From the IMG/VR virus record IMGVR_UViG_3300033076_000421, positions 1-58,231 of that record: a DNA stretch of 58,231 nucleotides; one strand, written 5' to 3'. Origin of the DNA: a virus (taxonomy: Duplodnaviria > Caudoviricetes). Within the stretch, counting starts at the first letter, position 1; the number at the start of each line of letters is the position of its first letter. A program made the translations under genes and the position numbers. The notes beneath the pieces were generated by a model. It saw only the letters and a program-made list of their open reading frames with translations, had not been told where the DNA came from and did not search any database. Of the stretch, positions 42,514-51,056 are shown in pieces.

Positions 42514-44360
42514 CAGTAAGCTCCTGCCGTGGTGATTGCCTGAAGTTCGCTATTGGCGAACGCACGCGGGTAGATGACGATGCGACGGATGGCTGCATTG
42601 AGGGTGTGAGCTGTGTTTCCACCTTCCCAACCAACATCAATCCGCGTCATTGCCGGTTGAGAGTTTGCGTCGGCCGCGACAGTGTTTGCATTTGTCACAA
42701 CCGACCTACTCGATGCGGTCCAGGTTGAAGCGCCCCTGTATGCCGCCCCAGATGAAGGTGCTGGAGTACCGACCAGAGAGGTCGTTCCATTATAGATCCC
42801 GACCCCTGTGGGGGCTGCGTGCAAGAGCGTTACAGTGGTCCCATTCGCACCCAGAATACGCACATTTTGGGCACTCGGTGGCCATATGCCTTCGACAAAT
42901 GCCGTCCCGACACTTGGTATGGAAATGGGGCTGATCGACCCCACATCAGCCGCCCGCGTGACAGCGACGGAGGTCGTGGGGATTGGGGAGGTGGCGAAGG
43001 AACCGGCCTGGAGGTCGGCTTGCCATATGTAAAGACCTGACACACCGTCGCCCGTGTAGCTATTCAGACCCAGCGTCGATGAATTGCTCAAGGCCAGATA
43101 GGCGGACCCGGCACCAGTTGCGGTGAACGTCGCTGTGCAGCGATACCAGCCATTGCCAACCGATGTGATTTCAGAGGTCAGATATTGAGCCCCGGAGGTT
43201 GCAGTGACTGTCCCAGCTTGAACGTCAAAGGTCGCCGTATAGACCCCTGCCCCTTGGAACGAGAGAACCAGGTATCGTTTCGACCCCGATCCCGTGGCCT
43301 TGGCATAGACGACGTGCGCGTGAGTTGCCGCAGAACCTTTCACCTGATTGACAAAGTGGAAGTTGGCAGACGCCGCTTCAACCATGAGATCAGCAGTTGA
43401 CGTGCCGTCGGGTGCAGAAGTCTGGTTCGCTGTGACCGTGACCGCCGTTTTAGTCCATGCCGCGTTATCGAACTCTTGCGAGTAGGTGTAGAGGTTCGTC
43501 CGCGCCTCCTCCGCCCAATACCCTGCATCCGTGATGCGGGGGGTGGCGACCGTGACGGCAGCCGTCGTCGTGGGGATGTAGGTGGAGGCCGTGGAGCCTA
43601 GTTCTAGTTGGGCTCCCCATGCGTAAATGCCGGAGGTTCCGTCGCCGGTGTAAGACGGACTTGATGCCGTGGCGACGTTATCCAACAGAAACACGCGACC
43701 TTGGACACTAGCCGATGCGTCAGATGTGCCGGTTAAGGTTACTCGGTAGTATCCATTGCCAGCAGCAACAACAGTCGCTGACGCGGCGGTGAACCCACCG
43801 GCAGTTGAGGCCGCGCTTAGAAGTGCCCCGGTCGACAGATTGACGCCCACCTCAACACGATCACCAGACGCCGCGCCGTTCATCCACAACGCAGCACGGG
43901 TTCTGGTGTCTGCCTTGAGATAGACACTGAATGTGTATGTCGTAGCGACAGTCGATTTAGCAGACGCCTGAATGATTGCGTGGCTGGATGCAGCCGCAGC
44001 CTCAACAATCTTGTCAGCAGTTGTGGTGCCGTCAGGTGCCGTTGTCGCATCGGCAGAAATAGTGGCGGACGATTTTGTCCACGACGCATTGTCGAGCGTC
44101 TGCGATTGCAGCAGCAGGTTCGTATAGCTCGGGAAGAACTGAAGCGACCCATCAGCCCGTGCCGCATAGGACCCCGTGCCAGCAGCCGTGCCGCCCGTGT
44201 AGGTCCAGCCGGGGACCCTATCGACCAAGGGGTAAGTAGCCCCATTGAGCATGTAGTAGGGCTGGCCGTTTGAACGGCTACCTACGAAGTCCAGAACAAG
44301 TTGCGCGCCGCTGTAAGGCGCTGCCGAGTTCAGCAGTATCTTCCTGACAGACGGCTTCAT
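42513..44360 (-). CDS. Head spike/fibre-like protein with duplicated domain
   Basis: Two copies of TNL...SQ..DNA.WTK...APDGT.TAD..VEAA...YTGDG.SG...IPTT..AVT. Confidence 0.7.
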   Translation of the reverse strand: MKPSVRKILLNSAAPYSGAQLVLDFVGSRSNGQPYYMLNGATYPLVDRVPGWTYTGGTAAGTGSYAARADGSLQFFPSYTNLLLQSQTLDNASWTKSSATISADATTAPDGTTTADKIVEAAAASSHAIIQASAKSTVATTYTFSVYLKADTRTRAALWMNGAASGDRVEVGVNLSTGALLSAASTAGGFTAASATVVAAGNGYYRVTLTGTSDASASVQGRVFLLDNVATASSPSYTGDGTSGIYAWGAQLELGSTASTYIPTTTAAVTVATPRITDAGYWAEEARTNLYTYSQEFDNAAWTKTAVTVTANQTSAPDGTSTADLMVEAASANFHFVNQVKGSAATHAHVVYAKATGSGSKRYLVLSFQGAGVYTATFDVQAGTVTATSGAQYLTSEITSVGNGWYRCTATFTATGAGSAYLALSNSSTLGLNSYTGDGVSGLYIWQADLQAGSFATSPIPTTSVAVTRAADVGSISPISIPSVGTAFVEGIWPPSAQNVRILGANGTTVTLLHAAPTGVGIYNGTTSLVGTPAPSSGAAYRGASTWTASSRSVVTNANTVAADANSQPAMTRIDVGWEGGNTAHTLNAAIRRIVIYPRAFANSELQAITTAGAY

Positions 44361-44364
44361 ACGA

Positions 44365-44970
44365 TTAAACCGCTGCCGAGCAGACAGTCACCTTATACAC
44401 TTCGGAGTTCGATGCGGGCGTGTAGCCGGTCGCCGTGACCAGATATCCGTAGAGGGTCGAGGTCGTCAGGGTCAGCATCTTGCCGACCTGGTTGGCTTCC
44501 ACATAGAGCGTAGCCCCAAGGTCCACGGGGGTGCCTACGATCACGTTGCCAAGATAGACAGACCTATCACCGGAGGGCAGGTCGAACGCAGCATTGTCCG
44601 CAATGGCCGACGGCGGCGTCGCTGAATACAGATGCAGGGTGAAGTAGGTCATCCCCGTCGGGATAGCCGCGATGTCCAGTTCAAGCCGAACGCCCGTAAC
44701 CAGCACCGAACCTGCCGTAGGACCAGCAGAACTAATCGTCAGAGCCCCACCGACCACGTCCCCAGCACTATAGGCCGTCGTGTTCGCCGGTCGGGTGATC
44801 GTGACCGGAGCTACATAGCCGCCATTGACGCTGCCGTCAGACCCGACGATGAACACACCACGAGCCAATGCGTCAGTGCTGTTCAGGGTCGGCGTTGCGA
44901 GCGCGGTGGTCGTGACGGACACTACTGGAGCGTAGCGGTCAAGTTCCTGCTCTTTAGAGCGAAGTGCCAT
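44365..44970 (-). CDS. Virion structural protein
   Basis: TRPANTTAYSAGDVVG; beta-rich. Confidence 0.65.
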   Translation of the reverse strand: MALRSKEQELDRYAPVVSVTTTALATPTLNSTDALARGVFIVGSDGSVNGGYVAPVTITRPANTTAYSAGDVVGGALTISSAGPTAGSVLVTGVRLELDIAAIPTGMTYFTLHLYSATPPSAIADNAAFDLPSGDRSVYLGNVIVGTPVDLGATLYVEANQVGKMLTLTTSTLYGYLVTATGYTPASNSEVYKVTVCSAAV

Positions 44971-45030
44971 CCGTGGCTCCTATGGAAGTGAACAACTCCC
45001 ACGCTATGACAGCGTGTGAGTTGCTAAGAC

Positions 45031-45483
45031 TTAGACGCCCGTCGTCTGGACGTATTCGATAGCCAGGAACACGGAACCAGCGGTCGGCTGACCAACCGAC
45101 GTGACCGTGACAACCAGGGTGGTGTTGGTCGAAATGTTGCTCATGGCGAGAAGCTGAGCAGCCGAGAAGGTCGGAGCAGCACGGCCAGCGGTCTTGGCAT
45201 TGACCGAACCGGCATACTGGGTGCCGCCAGAGGTGGTGCCGACGGTCAGGGTGGCCGACGTGGCGCTGTTGTAAGCGGTCAGAACGTCGATGTTCATACC
45301 GACGATGATCGAGTTGGCGGGCAGGTAGAACGTAGCGTTCTGGACCAGAGTCCCGTCATAGTTCAGGGTAGCGGTCTGAACCAGTTGAGCAAGGCCGATA
45401 TTCGACCCGCCCGAGACACCAGCAGCCTTATCGCCGGAGGCGAGCGGGCCTGAGAAAGTAGTTTGAGCCATCAGGGCCTCCAT
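45031..45483 (-). CDS. Capsid decoration-like protein
   Basis: MAQTTFSGP..., T/S-rich; synteny after MCP; start may be the second Met. Confidence 0.65.
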   Translation of the reverse strand: MEALMAQTTFSGPLASGDKAAGVSGGSNIGLAQLVQTATLNYDGTLVQNATFYLPANSIIVGMNIDVLTAYNSATSATLTVGTTSGGTQYAGSVNAKTAGRAAPTFSAAQLLAMSNISTNTTLVVTVTSVGQPTAGSVFLAIEYVQTTGV

Positions 45484-45522
45484 GGAGTTCAGGAGACCAT
45501 AGCATACCCTGATGGCTTGTGA

Positions 45523-47076
45523 CTAGTGGGGCGTAAAGGTCCAACGCTTCTTACCGCAGTCGAACACGCGCTGTGCTCCAAGAAGGAAAGTCATCTCCCG
45601 TTCGGTGCGATGATCAGTCTTAGGATCGAAGACTTCGTCTGAGCCGATTTCCTTGATGCGCTTGGGGATCGACTTGCGTTGCCAAGCGGATTTCGGAAGC
45701 AGCCCGATCTTCTGGTGATAGACCTGATAGTCAGGCTCCGTGACTTCCTCAAGCTTGAAGCCAAGTGCTTCATACATCCCACCGTCGAAGTAGCGGTTGT
45801 CCGAGAACGACTTGATGACCGACGGATTGTGCTCACGGATGAAGGCGGTCATCAGCCTGGTTGCCCCTCCACGGACATTTATACGGGTTGCATAGCGGCT
45901 AAGTGTCCAAACCCGTTCAGAATTAGCACCACGGTCATTGGCTCCGAACGTGAACCTCATGCACGCAACCATCTTACCCGAATACATCAGAGCGTAGTGC
46001 TCACCGCTGCCCGCACCGCCCTGAGGGTGATAGCGGTCATAGAACTCGACAGCAGTATTGTGGTCCACTTTCACCAACTCACACTTCCGAGCCATGACGC
46101 TGCCACGGGACTTGCCCAGAGCATTGCGAATTAGGTGCTTCAGGGCCTTCGGACGATTGAGCCACTCGCTCTCATAGATCGTCAGAAGCCTGATACCCTT
46201 CGCTCGACAGGCTTCATACTTCTCCAAGTGACGTTTACGGTCCTTGCGTTCCTCCTCGATGGAGGAGGCTCCGTGCCAGTATTCACCGCAATACTCGATT
46301 GCGAGTTTGCGCTCAGGGATATGAATGTCCAGTTCCTTGCCTCCGAGCGTTGCGCGGTCACGAGATATCGGCTCGCAGAAGATGGACACGAAATTGAAGA
46401 TAGCCGCTTCGCCCTTGGACCGATGGTGTGAGCACTCAGGGCAACCGTGAGCCCTCCAAATGTGATGACCTGGAGCCTGCTCGAAGGGGCCGTGCTTCTT
46501 GCAGATGATCGTGACCTTGGCCTTCTTACCCGCATAGACCACTTGACTGTAGTCGTAGGTGTCACCGTGAACGGCACGAGCTTGAGCGACGAAGGTGAAG
46601 GCATGGCGAGCGATCTTTACGGCAGAGACTTTGGCAGACGCCTCTGCGCGGTTTTCGTATTTCCCTTTCCTAAGATTTGCACAGGCTGAGCAACCCTGCT
46701 TGTTGTTGATGTGATTCGACGGAAGGATTTCAAAGTCCCCGTGAATAGGGCAGGTCACAATAGATCTACGGTGCGTTGTCGTATAAACAAAGCGGTCGTA
46801 CGAATAGAAACTGTTGTGTACCTTTTTGGCTCTAGCAATCACTTCGTCCTGCGGCACACGACGCTTTGCCACTCGAACCTCAGCGCCGCACTCCTGACAA
46901 CCTGAGCCTCCAGTCTTACGAAGTTGGCCGCTGTATTGCTTGAACACGCCATGCTTGGGACACACGATCCCAGTTATAGGGTCCAGTGCGCCTGTGTAGA
47001 CCGCATTGCTGAAATCGTAGCGTTCGAGGGTTTCCTTGGGGAACTTGGAAATTACAGTTTGGAGACTTTGAGACAT
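45523..47076 (-). CDS. Hef-like free-standing homing endonuclease
   Basis: Three YD(F/Y)S..VY...C.(K/I)HG.F...GC..C repeats; ELDIHIPERKLAIEYCGEYWH nuclease core; GNAT-like C-terminus (LSRYA...SFSDNRY..GGMYEALGF). Confidence 0.75.
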   Translation of the reverse strand: MSQSLQTVISKFPKETLERYDFSNAVYTGALDPITGIVCPKHGVFKQYSGQLRKTGGSGCQECGAEVRVAKRRVPQDEVIARAKKVHNSFYSYDRFVYTTTHRRSIVTCPIHGDFEILPSNHINNKQGCSACANLRKGKYENRAEASAKVSAVKIARHAFTFVAQARAVHGDTYDYSQVVYAGKKAKVTIICKKHGPFEQAPGHHIWRAHGCPECSHHRSKGEAAIFNFVSIFCEPISRDRATLGGKELDIHIPERKLAIEYCGEYWHGASSIEEERKDRKRHLEKYEACRAKGIRLLTIYESEWLNRPKALKHLIRNALGKSRGSVMARKCELVKVDHNTAVEFYDRYHPQGGAGSGEHYALMYSGKMVACMRFTFGANDRGANSERVWTLSRYATRINVRGGATRLMTAFIREHNPSVIKSFSDNRYFDGGMYEALGFKLEEVTEPDYQVYHQKIGLLPKSAWQRKSIPKRIKEIGSDEVFDPKTDHRTEREMTFLLGAQRVFDCGKKRWTFTPH

Positions 47077-47109
47077 ATAGGGTTAGATTCCTAAGGTTGA
47101 TTGTTCAAC

Positions 47110-47138
47110 ACTGTAGGCTATAAACTCAGTCCCGTCAA
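47110..47138 (-). promoter_or_regulatory. Promoter for the Hef-like gene
   Basis: TTGACG-N17-TACAGT on - strand, just downstream of the MCP terminator. Confidence 0.65.
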
Positions 47139-47145
47139 GCGCTCA

Positions 47146-47175
47146 ATAAAAAAGCCCCCGGCGTGAACCGGGGGC
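47146..47175 (-). terminator. Rho-independent terminator after MCP
   Basis: GCCCCCGG-ttcacg-CCGGGGGC-TTTTTTAT on - strand. Confidence 0.85.
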
Positions 47176-47203
47176 CGAAAACTTCAATGTTTTCAAGTAG
47201 TTA

Positions 47204-48118
47204 CTACACGCCGGCGGTACCGAAGACCCCCCTAGGGTCAGTCCATCCGAACGCATAACGCTCAGTGCTCTTGTACCTCATACTGTCCGTGTCGAAGTCG
47301 CCCTCCATACTCTTTTCAAGACCACGACGCTTAACGAGCTTGAGGCCCTCAGGCGCATCGGTCTTGATCCACCAAGCCGTGGTCGAGGTGATACGGGAGA
47401 GGTTGCCTTGACCCTCGTCCAGCATACCCATCGACTTGACGGGGTTGATGTCGTTGTTCGCAGTGCCAGCCCGCAGGACGGACTTGAGGAGCACTTCGGC
47501 CTGGAACACGTTCGACGGACCCGTAACGATCTTCTTCGGGGTCAGACGGATGCGCTTGCCGTTGTTGTCCACAGCGTTGCGAATCTGAACGAGCATTTGC
47601 TCCAGCGAGGTCTGCGAGAGGTTCGCAGCGGTGGAGAGCACGTTCGAGAAGGTGCCGGTGGCAATCGGGTGAGAAGCATTCACCAGAGAGACGCCGTCGC
47701 CTCCGACGTAGGACGAGTTGAACGCACGGTTCAGGACGTTAGCGCCAAGGGTTTCCTTGGTCTCGACCATGGACTGGGCGAGGTGCTTGGCGTAGGTCTG
47801 ACCGATACGGACGTGATCGCCGTCTTCCACGAGGACCTTGGTCAGGGCGAAAGCCAGACCGTAGACCTTGTAGAGATAGCGCTGGATGAACAGCACGCCA
47901 CCGGACTGGTAGACGACAGGCATACCGTCCGGGAGTTCCGGTGCAGCACCGAAACCGAACTGGACGGGTTCTTCGTGGTAAGCACGAGCGATGCCGGTGA
48001 TCTCGTCGAACACCTGCTTATACTCGTCGGCACGCTGATCGTAGATGCCGTCAAAGCTCTTGTTGAGGATTGGCTCAACAATCGATCTGAAATCACTGCT
48101 GCGCATGGGAGTAGCCAT
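47204..48118 (-). CDS. Major capsid protein
   Basis: 304 aa; GFGAAPELPDG, GGDGVSL...HP, DFDTDSMRYK..ERY.FGWTDPRG; strongly biased codons; followed by terminator. Confidence 0.88.
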   Translation of the reverse strand: MATPMRSSDFRSIVEPILNKSFDGIYDQRADEYKQVFDEITGIARAYHEEPVQFGFGAAPELPDGMPVVYQSGGVLFIQRYLYKVYGLAFALTKVLVEDGDHVRIGQTYAKHLAQSMVETKETLGANVLNRAFNSSYVGGDGVSLVNASHPIATGTFSNVLSTAANLSQTSLEQMLVQIRNAVDNNGKRIRLTPKKIVTGPSNVFQAEVLLKSVLRAGTANNDINPVKSMGMLDEGQGNLSRITSTTAWWIKTDAPEGLKLVKRRGLEKSMEGDFDTDSMRYKSTERYAFGWTDPRGVFGTAGV

Positions 48119-48132
48119 TGATCAAAGCTCCC

Positions 48133-48699
48133 TTAGTAAGCGGCCACGTCAGCGACATTCTGATGTTCGCTGATTTGGACCTGAGCGATGACGTAGGTGT
48201 CACCCCAATTGTTGTCGGGACCCGGCGTGATACCGAGCAGGCGGAACGAGGCGTTGGCCGCAGCAGTCGAGACACCGAGCATCATAGCCGAGATACCCAC
48301 AGTGGAGTTACCGGTGCCGATGGTGGTGAAGTCATACTGCTTACCAATGTCGGTGACGGCCAGAGCCGCATCGGATTGGATTTCATACACGATGGTCGGG
48401 TCAACAGTGACGTAAGCCACGATATCGGTGCCAGCGGTAGAAGCGGTCCACTTGTTGGAGTAACGCCGACGACCGTCAGAGTCGGTGAACTCGACGCCTT
48501 GGAAGGTGCCGATGAAGCGATCACCAACAGCGGCAGCGCCAATCGTGCCTTCGCCGGTAGACGAAGGAATGATCTTGACCGGCTGATTCTGGAAGATGTT
48601 CGTAGCGTATCCGGTCAGGATCGACATGGCAGTCGGACGAACCGTGCCAGAGGGCGAGTAGACCGGACGCAGCCCGAACGGGGCTGAAGTCGCAGACAT
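48133..48699 (-). CDS. Capsid-associated protein
   Basis: APFGLRPV; directly upstream of MCP. Confidence 0.7.
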   Translation of the reverse strand: MSATSAPFGLRPVYSPSGTVRPTAMSILTGYATNIFQNQPVKIIPSSTGEGTIGAAAVGDRFIGTFQGVEFTDSDGRRRYSNKWTASTAGTDIVAYVTVDPTIVYEIQSDAALAVTDIGKQYDFTTIGTGNSTVGISAMMLGVSTAAANASFRLLGITPGPDNNWGDTYVIAQVQISEHQNVADVAAY

Positions 48700-48738
48700 G
48701 AATTACCTCATTGATGTGAGGTGAATGGGAAACCGCGC

Positions 48739-49272
48739 TTAGGTGAAGATACCGCGGCGCGGAGCGGATTGACGCAGGTCTGAGTAACCTTCTTCCTCGT
48801 AAATCTCGACGTTGTCGCGGGCACCCTGGTTACGGATGAAGTCCGCAGTGTCGGAGAGTTTACCTTCTTCACGGTTAGGTGCGTCGTGGTGAGCTTCCTG
48901 CATGAACATCTCGTAGAGGCTCATGGGTAGCTTAAACGCGAGCATCTCGTTGACACCGATCATGCCCGCCCATTCGCCGGTCTTCTGAGTCGCGTATTCC
49001 ATACCGGGGACTTCCTCGGGACGGACGGGCTCATAGCCAAGCTGCATCCGGCGATGGATGCTGTCGCGGGTGTTGGTCGTGGTCAACCAGCAAAGGTGCC
49101 AACCCGGAATAACGGGAAGGTCAGGCAGTGCGTCGTTGAAAAGCTGGTTCTGGAACATCCTCAGCCTGTCGTTATCGCTGATTACCCGGTTCTCAGTGAC
49201 CTGACGGTCCTCTGATTGACGGGAGCGCCGACTGGCTCCGACTTCCTTCGCAAGGCGATCATCTACTTCCAT
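48739..49272 (-). CDS. Head morphogenesis hypothetical protein
   Basis: LP.IPGWHLCW...LGYEPV; synteny. Confidence 0.7.
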   Translation of the reverse strand: MEVDDRLAKEVGASRRSRQSEDRQVTENRVISDNDRLRMFQNQLFNDALPDLPVIPGWHLCWLTTTNTRDSIHRRMQLGYEPVRPEEVPGMEYATQKTGEWAGMIGVNEMLAFKLPMSLYEMFMQEAHHDAPNREEGKLSDTADFIRNQGARDNVEIYEEEGYSDLRQSAPRRGIFT

Positions 49273-49286
49273 TGTGGCTGGCTCCT

Positions 49287-50207
49287 TTAGCTGGCCGAGT
49301 TCTTGTCGTAGTCGTGATACGCCCTGAGCATCTGGTTCCTGAGAGCAGTGTCTTCCCAGTAACCAGCATCAATCATAGCCTGCTTGCGTTCGGGTGTCAC
49401 GAAAACTTGCTTACGGGTAGATTGAGGGGCGTGTTGACTTGCCGTTCCTTGGGGAGGAGCCTTGCGTTTGGCAGGCTGATCTCTCTGAGTTGACGGCTGT
49501 TCGGATTGACCCAGACGACGATTAAGACGACGGGTCAGTTCTTCGTAGTATTCCACAGAGCGCGGATCATATCCCTCGTTGGGGAGAACCCGGTCGATGG
49601 CGAGAGCAATGGCGCTCTCCTCGGTTCGACCATTGGGGTCGAACCAGGGGTTGGCAGCAGCCCACTCCTTGGCAAGGGACTGAACACGAGGGTCAGGACC
49701 TTGCGGTTGAGGCGTAGAGACCTGCTGCTTGGCCGCTGCGATCTGCATGAGGCGGGATTGAGCCTCCTCCTTGAGGCGCATGGCAGCAACCACATCTTCG
49801 CCATTACCAGCCTCTACGGCACGAGCGATAATGCTGGTGGCCTGCTGGACTTCGCGCTGGGCCTCGTTGAACCGCTGGTCGAGCATCGAGGCGGTCTGAG
49901 TATTTACCGACCCCTCGATAGCGTTGACGCGCTCCATGAGTTGCTGGTTCTGCTCACGCAGAAGCTGGAGTTCGCGCTGGGCTCGCTCCTTGGCAGCTTT
50001 CTGGACTTCGCGTCGCTTGCGGTTCTTGGACGAGGTGGCAGTGCGCTCCTCCTCGTCATCTTCGGACTCTGCGAGTTTGGAATCTTCCTCGTCGTCAGAG
50101 TCTTCAGGTTCTTCGGCCTCTTGGGCTTGAGGTTCTTCCTGCTGAGGAATCTCCTCGGTATCAAGCTCTACAATTTCGAGTTCGTCTTCGGGTTCTTGGT
50201 CGGACAC
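49287..50207 (-). CDS. Scaffolding protein
   Basis: Acidic N-terminus, coiled coil, WAAANPWF; position before MCP. Confidence 0.7.
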   Translation of the reverse strand: MSDQEPEDELEIVELDTEEIPQQEEPQAQEAEEPEDSDDEEDSKLAESEDDEEERTATSSKNRKRREVQKAAKERAQRELQLLREQNQQLMERVNAIEGSVNTQTASMLDQRFNEAQREVQQATSIIARAVEAGNGEDVVAAMRLKEEAQSRLMQIAAAKQQVSTPQPQGPDPRVQSLAKEWAAANPWFDPNGRTEESAIALAIDRVLPNEGYDPRSVEYYEELTRRLNRRLGQSEQPSTQRDQPAKRKAPPQGTASQHAPQSTRKQVFVTPERKQAMIDAGYWEDTALRNQMLRAYHDYDKNSAS

Positions 50208-50262
50208 AGCTTTTCCTTTCTAATGGCAGCTATGCAAAGTGACGTGAGGGATTACACGCCGA

Positions 50263-50697
50263 TTACAGGAACGCCCGCATGGCGAGGGGATCGCCGGTAA
50301 TGCGCCCAATAATGTCGAGGTCGTTGAAGATCACGAAGACGGCGGATTCTTCTTCGCCATCGATTTCGTAATTGACCGTCCACCGGTCGCCGCCGTAGCG
50401 AGGGACGCGCACGAAGTCGCCGTCGGAGCACCAAAGCCCTTCGACCCACGGCTTCATGGTATCGCGGTTATGGAATGCCAACGGCCCCATGGCGATAACC
50501 TTGGCGACCTGAGTGTTATAGTGTTCGATCTCGCGGACTTCACCGGTCAGGATGATTCCGCCCTTGGTCTTCTTCTTAGGGGTCCTGACTTGGACCAGAA
50601 TGCGCGAACCGAACGGCTCTACGCCAGGATCGCACTTGGGAAACGCTTCATCGACGCTGTCGTAAGCAAAATCGATCTTGTTACTGATCTCTCGCAT
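50263..50697 (-). CDS. groES: GroES-like co-chaperonin
   Basis: PFGSRILVQ..KKTKGGIILT...AKVIAMGP...GDFV..PRYGG...ND.DIIG. Confidence 0.85.
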   Translation of the reverse strand: MREISNKIDFAYDSVDEAFPKCDPGVEPFGSRILVQVRTPKKKTKGGIILTGEVREIEHYNTQVAKVIAMGPLAFHNRDTMKPWVEGLWCSDGDFVRVPRYGGDRWTVNYEIDGEEESAVFVIFNDLDIIGRITGDPLAMRAFL

Positions 50698-50721
50698 GTG
50701 TGCTCCACACTCCAGAGGGGT

Positions 50722-50910
50722 TTAACGGGAATCCTTTTCGGCATCTTCGTAGAAACCGAGAATCGCTTCTTTCGCCATCTCCAAGCCAGCATAAAGCCCG
50801 GTGCTACGACCGAACTCGAAGGCATCACGGCCCAAAGGCGCAGAAAGCAGACCTTTAGCGAGGTCGGCCTGCTTCTGCTCCAATAGGCGAAGGAGGTGTT
50901 CGACCCTCAC
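50722..50910 (-). CDS. Small hypothetical protein
   Basis: 62 aa; typical position after portal. Confidence 0.65.
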   Translation of the reverse strand: MRVEHLLRLLEQKQADLAKGLLSAPLGRDAFEFGRSTGLYAGLEMAKEAILGFYEDAEKDSR

Positions 50911-51044
50911 TTGGGGGTCGCAGGCGGGTTATTGCCACCGGTAGCGCCCTTGCCAGCGCCGGTCTCACGCGGGAGGCCCATGGCGAGCGCCTTGTGCTGG
51001 TTGATGGCCTGTTGAGGGGCCGGTTTCGATGGGGATTTAGCCAT
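50907..51044 (-). CDS. Small hypothetical protein (45 aa, not in ORF track)
   Basis: AGGAGG RBS; MAKSPSKPAPQQAINQHKALAMG; GTGA overlap. Confidence 0.6.
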   Translation of the reverse strand: MAKSPSKPAPQQAINQHKALAMGLPRETGAGKGATGGNNPPATPK

Positions 51045-51056
51045 TATGGCCTCCTA

